This document shows positions 36,976 through 45,790 of a stretch of 53,284 nucleotides of DNA, piece by piece. Under the pieces are notes generated by a model. The model searched no databases, was not told the origin of the DNA, and saw only the letters and a program-made list of their open reading frames with translations. The translations under genes and the position numbers were made by a program. The stretch's first letter is position 1; every line of letters begins with the position of its first letter. Source of the stretch: Desulfuromonas sp. SDB. GTDB lineage: Bacteria; SDB-A. The DNA is taken from positions 1-53,284 of the forward strand of contig LKUE01000209.1 of assembly GCA_001412365.1 (NCBI GenBank). The letters are read 5' to 3'.

Positions 36976-37255
36976 AATATATTTAAGTTTCTTAGATTCA
37001 TTGAAACAAAAAGCAAAACAATCAAATTTACAGGAATATTTTCCAAATAAAGTTAGCAATTTATTTCAATACCGGATACAAGATCAAGGTCCTGAAATTA
37101 TTTCAGAAACCACTTCCCAAACCCCTCCTCCCGTATCCTCTCCTGAAGAATCCTCCCCGTCTCCGCCCCCAGTTGAAAATGAACAGGGAGACCTATTTAA
37201 ATTTGCTGACGGAATTAGAGAATTGAAATTCGAGGATAAAGGAGAGGGGAGCTAA
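36956..37255 (+). CDS. Small Pro/Ser/Glu-rich protein, function unknown
   Basis: 99 aa. The GTG start overlaps the end of the coiled-coil gene by 20 nt. Tripartite layout: N-terminal helix, TSQTPPPVSSPEESSPSPPPVENEQ linker, and a short C-terminal amphipathic segment GDLFKFADGIRELKF. It is called as coding only because of its operon position and ORF length. Confidence 0.5.
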   Translation: MKTLSNEIYLSFLDSLKQKAKQSNLQEYFPNKVSNLFQYRIQDQGPEIISETTSQTPPPVSSPEESSPSPPPVENEQGDLFKFADGIRELKFEDKGEGS

Positions 37256-37279
37256 CCAGCTTTAAACTTTCTCTTAATC

Positions 37280-38080
37280 ATGACTAAATGGGCAAAAATG
37301 GATATTAAAACCGAATTGGAAATAAAAAAAATGGAAAAAGCTGGAGAACTTTTAGCCAGTATTTTAAGCGAACTTTGCACTCTCTGTGTCCCCGGAATTT
37401 CTACTAAACAGCTAGATGAAATTGCTGAAAATTTAGTTTTAGACAACAATGCACTACCCACCTTCAAAGGATACCATGGATATCCTGCTACAATATGTTC
37501 GTCAGTTAATGATGTAATTATTCATGGAATTCCCACTTCCGCTAAATTAAAATCAGGAGATATTTTAAGTATTGACATGGGATTGACTCTGGAAGGATGG
37601 ATTGCGGATTCAGCCCTGACCATTCCCATTGGAAAGGTCAGCGCCGAGGCGATGAAATTAATTGAAGTAACTCAAACTTCTTTATACCGTGGTCTTGAAT
37701 TAGCCAAACCAGGTTTCAGATTATTTGATATCAGCAGGGCAATACAGAATTATGTCGAAGATAATGGTTATTCAGTGGTGCGTGATTTTGTCGGTCATGG
37801 AGTGGGTAGAAATCTTCATGAAGATCCAAGTATCCCCAATTTCATCCCACCGCTAACTTCAATTTACCGCAATATTAAATTAAAACCGGGAATGACCCTG
37901 GCTATTGAACCCATGGTCAATCAGGGCACTCATGATGTGAAAATTATGAAGGACCGGTGGACAGTCAGAACAAGAGATAATAAATTATCTGCTCATTTTG
38001 AACACAGTATTGCCATCTGCAAAGATAAAACTGTAATTTTAACTCACCGCAAAGATGATAAAATTAACAGGGAATTGTGA
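37280..38080 (+). CDS. map: Methionine aminopeptidase, type I
   Basis: Classic Map blocks (IKT..EI..M.KAG, HGIP, DxG....G...D, FVGHG.G...HE, EPM). The true start may be the second ATG at 37298 (MDIKTELEIKKMEKAG), which aligns better with known Map N-termini. Confidence 0.93.
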   Translation: MTKWAKMDIKTELEIKKMEKAGELLASILSELCTLCVPGISTKQLDEIAENLVLDNNALPTFKGYHGYPATICSSVNDVIIHGIPTSAKLKSGDILSIDMGLTLEGWIADSALTIPIGKVSAEAMKLIEVTQTSLYRGLELAKPGFRLFDISRAIQNYVEDNGYSVVRDFVGHGVGRNLHEDPSIPNFIPPLTSIYRNIKLKPGMTLAIEPMVNQGTHDVKIMKDRWTVRTRDNKLSAHFEHSIAICKDKTVILTHRKDDKINREL

Positions 38081-38121
38081 TAAATTTATAACATTAATTA
38101 ATTTTATATTAAGGAGAACCG

Positions 38122-39489
38122 ATGCAGGATAATTACTCACATGAAAAAAAACCAGCTTGGGAAAAAATGCAATCATCAGAAAGGGAAATTGCGGAGAAAT
38201 TCAGTCATAACTATATAAATTTCTTATCCCAGTGTAAGACGGAGAGAGAAGCGATACAATGGTTAAAATCTGATCTTAAAAATTCAGATCAATTCCATCT
38301 TAGTGAATTCAGTTCAAAAGCGGTGGCATTAACTAAGTTTGGAAAACTGCCTGTAGAAAAGGGAATAAATATTATTATTGCTCATGTTGATGCTCCTCGT
38401 TTAGATTTAAAACCGTCTCCCCTGGTGGAAGAATCGGAATTAGCATTTTTAAAAACACATTATTACGGTGGAATAAAAAAATATCACTGGTTAAACCGCC
38501 CCTTAGCCCTACATGGCTATATGATCCTTTCCGATGGAAAATCCCTCCAATTCACTATCGGTGAAAATGCCGATGATCCTGTTTTTACTATTGCTGATTT
38601 ACTGCCCCACCTCTCTAAAAATGTGCAGTCAGATAAAAAAATTTCTGAAGCTATTCCCGGAGAAAAACTCAATATCTTAGTTGGTTCATTAAAACTGGAA
38701 AGCAATGACAAGACCAAGGAAAATTCAGTAAAATTAGCAATTCTTAAATTGTTACATGAGAAATTTAATATTACTGAAGAGGATTTTATCTCTGCCGAAT
38801 TTGAGGTTGTCCCCGCCGGACCAGCCAGGGAAGTGGGATTGGATCGCTCCATGGTGGGAGGATATGGACAAGATGACCGAATATGCGCATGGTGTGCCTA
38901 CCAGGCATTGATGAATACATCTGAATTACAGAAAACTGCAATGGTGGTATGGATTGACAAGGAAGAAATCGGATCAGCAGGAAATACCGGTGCGGATTCT
39001 GTTCTTATTTCTGATGCCATTCTGCAAGTCCTTAAAAAATCAAATTCCCCGGTTAGTTATGACTTGTTGAGGACCACTATTCAAAATAGTTTCTGTATCT
39101 CTGCTGATGTTGCCTGTGCGGAGAATCCATTTAACCCAGAAGTTTTAGATAAAAATAATTCAGCAAAACTGGGATACGGTGTAACCATTGTCAAATACAC
39201 CGGAGTTAGAGGGAAATCCGGAGCTAACGACGCTCATGCTGAATTGATGGGAAAACTACGGCTAATTTTCAATTCCCAAAAGGTAGTATGGCAGAGTGGA
39301 GAACTGGGCAAAGTTGATGAAGGAGGCGGAGGAACCGTAGCCAAATACATTGCCCATTGGGGCATCCCCACCATTGACTGCGGAACTCCCGTTATTTCCA
39401 TGCATTCCCCTTTTGAAATTTCACACAAAGCAGATATCTATCAAACCGTAAAAGGATACCAAGCTTTTTTTGAACAGGAGGAAAATTGA
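38122..39489 (+). CDS. M18-family aminopeptidase (aminopeptidase 1 / aspartyl aminopeptidase-like)
   Basis: 455 aa with SD AAGGAG upstream. Blocks IIAHVDAPRLDLKP, GYGQDDR.C, EEIGS.G, GGGGT.A and MHSP.E are typical of M18 peptidases. Confidence 0.8.
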   Translation: MQDNYSHEKKPAWEKMQSSEREIAEKFSHNYINFLSQCKTEREAIQWLKSDLKNSDQFHLSEFSSKAVALTKFGKLPVEKGINIIIAHVDAPRLDLKPSPLVEESELAFLKTHYYGGIKKYHWLNRPLALHGYMILSDGKSLQFTIGENADDPVFTIADLLPHLSKNVQSDKKISEAIPGEKLNILVGSLKLESNDKTKENSVKLAILKLLHEKFNITEEDFISAEFEVVPAGPAREVGLDRSMVGGYGQDDRICAWCAYQALMNTSELQKTAMVVWIDKEEIGSAGNTGADSVLISDAILQVLKKSNSPVSYDLLRTTIQNSFCISADVACAENPFNPEVLDKNNSAKLGYGVTIVKYTGVRGKSGANDAHAELMGKLRLIFNSQKVVWQSGELGKVDEGGGGTVAKYIAHWGIPTIDCGTPVISMHSPFEISHKADIYQTVKGYQAFFEQEEN

Positions 39490-40721
39490 AACGATTAGCA
39501 ATTAACGGGAGTCAACCAATTAATACAAAATCATTCCCCGCTTGGCCCAGATATGATCAATCAGAGCAACAAGCTTTACTGAAAGTTTTACAAAGTGGTC
39601 AATGGGGAGCCACCAAAGGAAATGAAGTTAAAGAATTTGAACAACAATTTGCTGATTTTCATCAGGCTAAATTCGGAATAGCAACTACCAGCGGAACTAC
39701 TGCTTTATCCATAGCTTTACGTGCTTCAGGAATTGGACCGGGTGATGAAGTAATTTTACCGGGTTATACTTTTGTCGCTTCCGCTACTTCAATTTTAGAT
39801 GCCCTGGCTAAGCCTGTTTTTGTTGACATTGATTTAGATAGTTTTAATATTGATACCTCCAAGATTGAAGCATCCATCACCAAACAGACCAAGGCTATTA
39901 TGCCGGTGCATTTTGGGGGGAGACCGGCAGATATGGATAAAATAAATATGCTGGCACAAAAATATAATTTAACAGTGATTGAAGATGCCTGCCAGGCATG
40001 GGGAAGCAAATTCAATGGCAAGTATTCAGGTTCTCTGGGAACTGCCGGTTGTTACAGTTTTCAATCCTCCAAAAATATTACCGCAGGGGAAGGAGGAATG
40101 ATATTAACTAACAATGAAAAAATAGCCGACCTTGCCCGAAGTATATCAAATTGCGGTAGAAATCCAGATGGTTTATGGTATGCTCATTATCTGTGGGGTG
40201 GTAATTATAGAATGACTGAATTTCAGGGAGCTCTTCTTCAAGTACAATTATCTAGATATACTGAACTTCATGAAAAAAGAGAACTTGCTGCAGACTACCT
40301 TGATCAAGCTATCCGGCAGTTAGAAGGATATAATACCTTATCCCCCATTCCTTCCTCATCAAGATCATCCTGGCATATTTTTGTGTTCAAGCTTGATCTG
40401 GAAAAATGGGATGGAATCGGTAAAAATAAAATCATTGAAGCAATCCGGGCGGAGGGAATACCGATTAGCCCAGGTTACTCCCTTCCCGTCTATCAACAAC
40501 CTTTGTTTAAAGTTAAAAATTTTGGGCTTGATCATGATTTTTCCCGGATATTTAATGATTTACCTGATTTTGAAAAATTCCACCTCCCCTGCACTGAACA
40601 GGCAGTATTCCACCAGGGATTATGGCTAACCCAAAATATCATGCTGGCTGAAAATCAACAGCTGGATGTACTAGTAGACGGTTTAGCTAAAGTTTACCAA
40701 TTCAGAGAAGAATTGAAATGA
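39486..40721 (+). CDS. DegT/DnrJ/EryC1/StrS-family PLP-dependent aminotransferase
   Basis: 411 aa. The TTG start lies behind AGGAGG and overlaps the upstream stop by 4 nt. Motifs: FE..FA.F, TSGT.AL..AL, PVHFGG and the PLP-lysine block [19 protein letters not shown]. Confidence 0.88.
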   Translation: MKRLAINGSQPINTKSFPAWPRYDQSEQQALLKVLQSGQWGATKGNEVKEFEQQFADFHQAKFGIATTSGTTALSIALRASGIGPGDEVILPGYTFVASATSILDALAKPVFVDIDLDSFNIDTSKIEASITKQTKAIMPVHFGGRPADMDKINMLAQKYNLTVIEDACQAWGSKFNGKYSGSLGTAGCYSFQSSKNITAGEGGMILTNNEKIADLARSISNCGRNPDGLWYAHYLWGGNYRMTEFQGALLQVQLSRYTELHEKRELAADYLDQAIRQLEGYNTLSPIPSSSRSSWHIFVFKLDLEKWDGIGKNKIIEAIRAEGIPISPGYSLPVYQQPLFKVKNFGLDHDFSRIFNDLPDFEKFHLPCTEQAVFHQGLWLTQNIMLAENQQLDVLVDGLAKVYQFREELK

Positions 40722-41692
40722 CCTCAAGCAAACCACTGATATTATTGGTAGATGATGATGATTTGATTCTGGATACAATTAAAATGTCCTTAGCTGATCA
40801 ATGTTATCAATTTGTTACCGCTACCGACGGGAAAGAAGCACTGAAAATAGTTCAGCAGACCCCCCCCTCTTTAGTTATTACTGATGTTACTATGCCCATA
40901 ATGAATGGTCTGGACTTATGCAAATCAATAAAAGAAAATTATAATACCCGGTTAATACCAGTAATCGTGGTCACTGCTTTCGATGCTTTTGAGGATAAAA
41001 TCAAAGCAATTAAAGCCGGAGCTGACGAATTTTTGAGCAAGCCTTTTAATACTTTGGAACTGAAAGTAAGAATCAACGCCCTGCTCAGGTTTAAAGATCT
41101 GGTGGACCGGTTAGAGGACTTTTCCAAAGTTCTGTCAGCTTTAGCCAGAGCTATTGATGCCCGGGATCATTATACTCAGGGACATTGTACCAGGGTTTCC
41201 TATCTAGCTAAAGAAATTGGCAAAGCAATGGATCTGGAACAAAATGTCATTGATGACCTGGGATTAGCCGGATTACTGCATGATATTGGAAAAATTGGAA
41301 TTCCTGAAAGCATACTGAACAAACCAGGCAAGCTGACTCATGAAGAAATGGATATCATGAAAACCCATCCGTTGATTGGAGAAAAAATTTTAAAACCTCT
41401 AAAAACTACGGAAACTTTTAGATCTATCATCCGTTCTCATCATGAAAGACTTGACGGCACAGGATATCCTGACGGTCACCGGGCAGAACAAATAGTAGTT
41501 CCAGTTAGAGTTATTGCGGTTGCCGATGTTTATGATGCCCTTAGATCAGATCGTCCCTACCGCAATAGCCTTGACTTAAACACCACTATGGATATTATCG
41601 AACAGGAAATTGAAAGAGGTTTTTGGGACCGAGATGTGTTCTCTGAGTTAAAGAAAGTGTCCGCCAGGGATACAGTAAAATTCATGCATTAA
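40718..41692 (+). CDS. Response regulator with an HD-GYP output domain (c-di-GMP phosphodiesterase type)
   Basis: 324 aa. REC domain (ILLVDDDD.., ..ITDVTMP.., ..[11 protein letters not shown]). HD-GYP domain ([22 protein letters not shown]). Its ATG overlaps the upstream stop (ATGA). Confidence 0.9.
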   Translation: MTSSKPLILLVDDDDLILDTIKMSLADQCYQFVTATDGKEALKIVQQTPPSLVITDVTMPIMNGLDLCKSIKENYNTRLIPVIVVTAFDAFEDKIKAIKAGADEFLSKPFNTLELKVRINALLRFKDLVDRLEDFSKVLSALARAIDARDHYTQGHCTRVSYLAKEIGKAMDLEQNVIDDLGLAGLLHDIGKIGIPESILNKPGKLTHEEMDIMKTHPLIGEKILKPLKTTETFRSIIRSHHERLDGTGYPDGHRAEQIVVPVRVIAVADVYDALRSDRPYRNSLDLNTTMDIIEQEIERGFWDRDVFSELKKVSARDTVKFMH

Positions 41693-42345
41693 TAGTACCA
41701 ATAATCAAGTTTAAGCATAAACTCAGCGCCGTCAATCTGGGTTGATTCAAGATGACCGTACTGGTCCCAGACCCAATTAAACAAGTACTCCTGATCCTGG
41801 TAGAAAACTGCTGCTTTTAAAGGAAAATTATGCTGATCGAACTCCACCACATAGGTAACCTCATCAAAACAATAAGCTATATGTTTTTGATCTTCATTGA
41901 TTATATCTCCCTTGACATATCCCAGACAGAGACCAAAAAACAAATCTCCAAATGGGAGCAGGGGTGAATAAGTAGTATCTTCCCAGCTGCGGTAAGTTTC
42001 CCATTGATCCTGTTCATTTTTCCACATGGTTATCAAGGAATCTTTTTCCAATTTCACCTTCAGTACAGAATATCCCATTGGTCCGGAGACATTCATAGAC
42101 CAAAATTCTCTATGGTTTATTCTTCTGATCACAAAATCACCCTGCATTTCTGACTGATAATCCTGATAATATAGAAAACCATGCCAGCTGCTGTCTTGGG
42201 GAAGTATGCGGTAATTCCCATTGTTATATAGATCAGAGTCAGAAATAATCCTTGAATTAATCAGCATTCCACAGGAACAAAACAGCATGGATAGACCCAG
42301 CAAGAGGAGAAATTTAATAACTATATTTTCTATGGAATCATTCAA
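41689..42345 (-). CDS. Hypothetical lipoprotein
   Basis: The ORF runs to 42357. TTG at 42345 follows GGAGG with a 5-nt spacer and sits just after the upstream stop. Leader ..[16 protein letters not shown] is lipoprotein-like. I recognise no family. Confidence 0.6.
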   Translation of the reverse strand: MNDSIENIVIKFLLLLGLSMLFCSCGMLINSRIISDSDLYNNGNYRILPQDSSWHGFLYYQDYQSEMQGDFVIRRINHREFWSMNVSGPMGYSVLKVKLEKDSLITMWKNEQDQWETYRSWEDTTYSPLLPFGDLFFGLCLGYVKGDIINEDQKHIAYCFDEVTYVVEFDQHNFPLKAAVFYQDQEYLFNWVWDQYGHLESTQIDGAEFMLKLDYWYY

Positions 42346-42347
42346 AT

Positions 42348-43097
42348 TTACCTCCAAACAGTTTTTAACATCGTCAATATTTTATCATCTTCTGATCTTG
42401 TGAATTTATGAAGATAAATGGAATCAGAAATTTTCCCGGTTAGCAATTTAATTTTTTCACCGACAAATGCTTCTCCCAAATAATTTACCTCTAGATGTGT
42501 AAGGGTATGATTTTTAATAAATCTATCTTCCATGCAATCCACCAGCCATTTTATATAAGCACAATTATTTACATGATTATTTACATCCAAATCACTGTTT
42601 TTAACCGACAGTTCTTCTTGAAATTGTAATTTCCCGGTTTTAGGAATCTTGTCTAGCTTATACTTTTCCTCAATAATATTTTCCATGCAAATGATATTTT
42701 TTAATTTTGAAGTAAATAAAGGTTTTTTCTCATTTACATTTAAAACCAGCCAGTAACTAAATGCTTTTACCAGCACTTGTTGATGGGAATTTAAAACTTT
42801 AAAATTACGCCAGAAATATAAACGATCTTTACCGCTGGGCCATGTATTAACAGTAATTACATCGCCCCAACGGGGATAATCATTGAAAATGATTTTTAAT
42901 CTGGATAGAACCCAGATTAAATTTTGACTGAATAAATATCTGTATCCAACTTTTAAATCCTCGGCATGCCTCCAAGCAGCTTCCTGAAGGTACTGAGTAA
43001 TAACTTCAGCTCTTGCCCTGGAATTTATATCAACCTGAAAAGAAAATATCTGAAAATCATATCTGCCCTCTTGTTTTAAAAACTTCTTTTCTTTCAT
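42348..43097 (-). CDS. Acyl-ACP thioesterase family protein
   Basis: 249 aa. Tandem hotdog pattern typical of FatA/B-like acyl-ACP thioesterases (..ITQYLQEAAWRHAEDL..LIWVLSRLKI....P.WGD.I.V.TWP.., ..D.N.HVNN..Y..W..). Confidence 0.75.
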   Translation of the reverse strand: MKEKKFLKQEGRYDFQIFSFQVDINSRARAEVITQYLQEAAWRHAEDLKVGYRYLFSQNLIWVLSRLKIIFNDYPRWGDVITVNTWPSGKDRLYFWRNFKVLNSHQQVLVKAFSYWLVLNVNEKKPLFTSKLKNIICMENIIEEKYKLDKIPKTGKLQFQEELSVKNSDLDVNNHVNNCAYIKWLVDCMEDRFIKNHTLTHLEVNYLGEAFVGEKIKLLTGKISDSIYLHKFTRSEDDKILTMLKTVWR

Positions 43098-43748
43098 AAT
43101 ATTTGAAAATTGTTTTGTTTTTTACCGGTTAAATTTTGTTGTTTTTCTTATCAAAACCTGTTTTAAAGCTACCTCTTAACCAATATAATTTGTTAAGTAA
43201 ACCTGCATAGTTTATACCCTTAACTAGAAGTTATTCTACCCTTTTACCTCAGTAAAAGCTAACAGAGTTATGGCAGTAATAATTTAAGAAATATTTCCAA
43301 GCAATTAGCTTAAAAATATTCATTTAAGAATTAATCAATATATTTTTTCAGATAAATAAATTGTCTGGAATTTTAACTTTTTTCCTATCTAATCCGCCAT
43401 CTCCTGATTTAGATGATATTAACCTAAATTTTCCTTTAAATTGGGTAATCATAATGGTTAACAAAATCTGGCAAAACATTTATCTGAATATGCTTGTTTG
43501 AAAACTGATGGAAATATTGCAAAAACATATTAAATCACCATTTTTCGATGATTTAATAAATTAAGAGGTCAATAAAATATACTGAATATAAAAAACTTAC
43601 GGAAATTAAGATTTTTACACACCCCTTTCAAATTTAATTTAAAAATTAGCATATTTATCTAACATTTGCAACATATATTTTACAATTTTTATAATTTAAA
43701 TTAGAAATAATCAAATCTGCTGATTATTTATTATTATACCAATAAAAT

Positions 43749-44645
43749 TTACGGAGAAAGCAGAGTATCCCTGCGGAGGAAAATTTCCAAGACCACATAG
43801 TTCCCCACATTATCATGGAGGGCAGCTATTCCGGTTAAATTAAAATCCCCTTTAACATTGCGATTATTTTCATCATTATTCAGCCAGGTTGAGATAACTA
43901 CTGAATCAGGATTTTCCACTGCATTGAATTTCAAATAATTAAATGCAATTCCCGAAAAACCATAAATGTCAGCAACTTCATCAATGATATCTTCATAAGC
44001 ATTGCGGTTAATCTGTTGTAATTCCATCAGCATTTCACAACCTCTAATACATAAATCCTCTAGAATCCGGTCATATTTAATTGCAGTTAAATTTTCACTT
44101 AGCCGCATTTTCTTTATTCTAGTAAAAATTAACCTGCTCAGTGAATCATGTTTTAAAAAGCTTACTTCCTTGGCCGGAAATATAAATATTTGGGTAAAAT
44201 ACAATCCTCCCCCGGAATCCTGGGCAATCCCTATCCCTGTAAACAAATAATCACCCTCCATATTAGCACGGTGTCCCGGGCTATTGATCCAACCTGTCAC
44301 CGCTGCTGAGCAGGGATCATTTACCCCCAAATTATAGGCGACATTTTCAGAAGCAGATGAAATATTGATTTCATTTTTTAACCGTTCCATTCTCTGTTCA
44401 AAGCCGGCGTGGCTTATGGTCTGGAAATTTGCAGCCATATCCGACGAATGTCCCCGGCACTGCGCTGCAATTAAATCAGACCACTGCAAACCTCCCAAAT
44501 TCCGGGACAATCTGTACTGGTTAACCGAGTTGAATACTTCTTGTTCCAGACTGTCCAGGTTCATTGTCTCTCCCCACATACAGCAAGTCATAGTAATCAC
44601 TGTTATACCGGTAAGAATTGCGGTTATAGCCATACTCCTGTTCAT
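43749..44645 (-). CDS. Secreted CAP/SCP/PR1-like domain protein (one clear CAP domain plus a degenerate second one)
   Basis: 298 aa with hydrophobic leader AITAILTGITVITMTCC. CAP blocks: VN.YR....L..L.W....A...R.HS.DMA, ENVAY, GWINSPGHRANM. The C-terminal half repeats the pattern weakly (..WLNNDENNRNVKGDFNLTGIA..). Confidence 0.7.
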   Translation of the reverse strand: MNRSMAITAILTGITVITMTCCMWGETMNLDSLEQEVFNSVNQYRLSRNLGGLQWSDLIAAQCRGHSSDMAANFQTISHAGFEQRMERLKNEINISSASENVAYNLGVNDPCSAAVTGWINSPGHRANMEGDYLFTGIGIAQDSGGGLYFTQIFIFPAKEVSFLKHDSLSRLIFTRIKKMRLSENLTAIKYDRILEDLCIRGCEMLMELQQINRNAYEDIIDEVADIYGFSGIAFNYLKFNAVENPDSVVISTWLNNDENNRNVKGDFNLTGIAALHDNVGNYVVLEIFLRRDTLLSP

Positions 44646-44676
44646 GGATTAATATTACTTTAAACTATTATCAATG

Positions 44677-44710
44677 AAAAGAAAAAGCCCTTCAGCGATT
44701 GCTGAAGGGC
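44677..44710 (-). terminator. Rho-independent terminator downstream of the 44729..45670 gene
   Basis: Perfect 10-bp stem GCCCTTCAGC (44687..44696) / GCTGAAGGGC (44701..44710) with a GATT loop. On the minus strand it is followed by TTTTTCTTTT (44686..44677). It lies 18 nt after the stop. Confidence 0.8.
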
Positions 44711-44728
44711 ATGTATAGCAATAAAATA

Positions 44729-45670
44729 TTATTCAACAACAATTAACTTACCACTGGTAACCTGACCATTGGCAGTTACTTTGTAGATATAGGTTCCCTG
44801 ATTGGCTTGGTCAAAGGTAAATGAACCTTCGCCCTGGAAAGAACCGCTGAACAGTTGATCAATCTGGCGTCCGGAAAGGTCAAAAACTTCCACGGTCAGA
44901 TCTACTCTGTCTGCAACTGATAAGCTGATAGTGGGGGTATTGTTGAAATCATTAACAGTTACTGAGTAAGCTGCTGGTCCTTCCACCTGCTCTTCCACAC
45001 CCAGTTCTGTTCCGATTAGGACAATACCGATTTCCAGAGGTTCTCCCCACTGGGTAACAGCAGATGTCCAGTTGGGAACACCCAAAACCTGTGATCTGAA
45101 ATAGAGAGGAGAACTGTTTCCGATTCCGGATTGACACTGCCAGCCAGTCTGTCCGTTGACGGTGAAAACAGTGGAAGGTTGAACTTCAATCCACCAAGTA
45201 CCTGCGGTGATGTTAAGGCTGTAGGAAGTCACATCCATGGTGAGGTTATATTTATCAGTGCCAATAGTAGTTGCTGTAAAATCAGCCGCTTCTACCACTA
45301 TTTCCACAGTGGGATTAACCTCGGGGGTTCCTGAATTGTCAGCATACAATAGTATATGTACGTTGGGAACATTAGCCCAGGTGGTAAATCCGTTCCAGTT
45401 TGACCACCAGGTAATCACTGTATCCACTTGCCAATCGGAAGTTGGGGAGATATCATCAGCAATATCTGCTTCAAAAGGATAAACACTGTCCAATTGGCAG
45501 GCGTATCCGTTAGCGGAAAGGGTATCCGGTACTTGCTGAAGTAGGACTGCCCGGTTGAGTTCGCCTACCGGCATTTGAGGCTGGCTGGTTCCAATGCTAT
45601 GTTCCATTAAAACCCCAGCATTTAAACTCACTGCCAGCATTGCAATTAACAACAACATCATAGTTTTCAT
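44729..45670 (-). CDS. Secreted T9SS-sorted protein, N-terminal domain unknown
   Basis: 313 aa. Signal peptide MKTMMLLLIAMLAVSLNA, with GAGGAG upstream. The C-terminus ..VFDLSGRQIDQLFSG..YIYKVTANGQVTSGKLIVVE matches the same type-A T9SS sorting pattern as the 67..2742 protein. Confidence 0.8.
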   Translation of the reverse strand: MKTMMLLLIAMLAVSLNAGVLMEHSIGTSQPQMPVGELNRAVLLQQVPDTLSANGYACQLDSVYPFEADIADDISPTSDWQVDTVITWWSNWNGFTTWANVPNVHILLYADNSGTPEVNPTVEIVVEAADFTATTIGTDKYNLTMDVTSYSLNITAGTWWIEVQPSTVFTVNGQTGWQCQSGIGNSSPLYFRSQVLGVPNWTSAVTQWGEPLEIGIVLIGTELGVEEQVEGPAAYSVTVNDFNNTPTISLSVADRVDLTVEVFDLSGRQIDQLFSGSFQGEGSFTFDQANQGTYIYKVTANGQVTSGKLIVVE

Positions 45671-45770
45671 CTAAACTCCTCGGTTAAGGTTTTGTTACTA
45701 TTTTAATAACTAAAATTTATTAATTTTAACCTCATCAAATTTCAAAGTCAAATTAATTAACACTTAAAAT

Positions 45771-45790
45771 ATTCACCATTATTCACCATT
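45771..45790. repeat. Perfect tandem 10-bp direct repeat
   Basis: ATTCACCATT occurs twice: 45771..45780 and 45781..45790. It abuts the stop of the LVIVD gene (45791) and lies about 100-120 nt upstream of the T9SS cargo gene start (45670). Confidence 0.9.

Noticed and set aside
37171-37215. QGDLF in the small Pro-rich protein as a beta-sliding-clamp binding pentapeptide (consensus QL[SD]LF).
   Set aside because: Only 3-4 of 5 positions match, with Gly at position 2. The genomic context has nothing to do with replication or repair, and such short motifs arise by chance.
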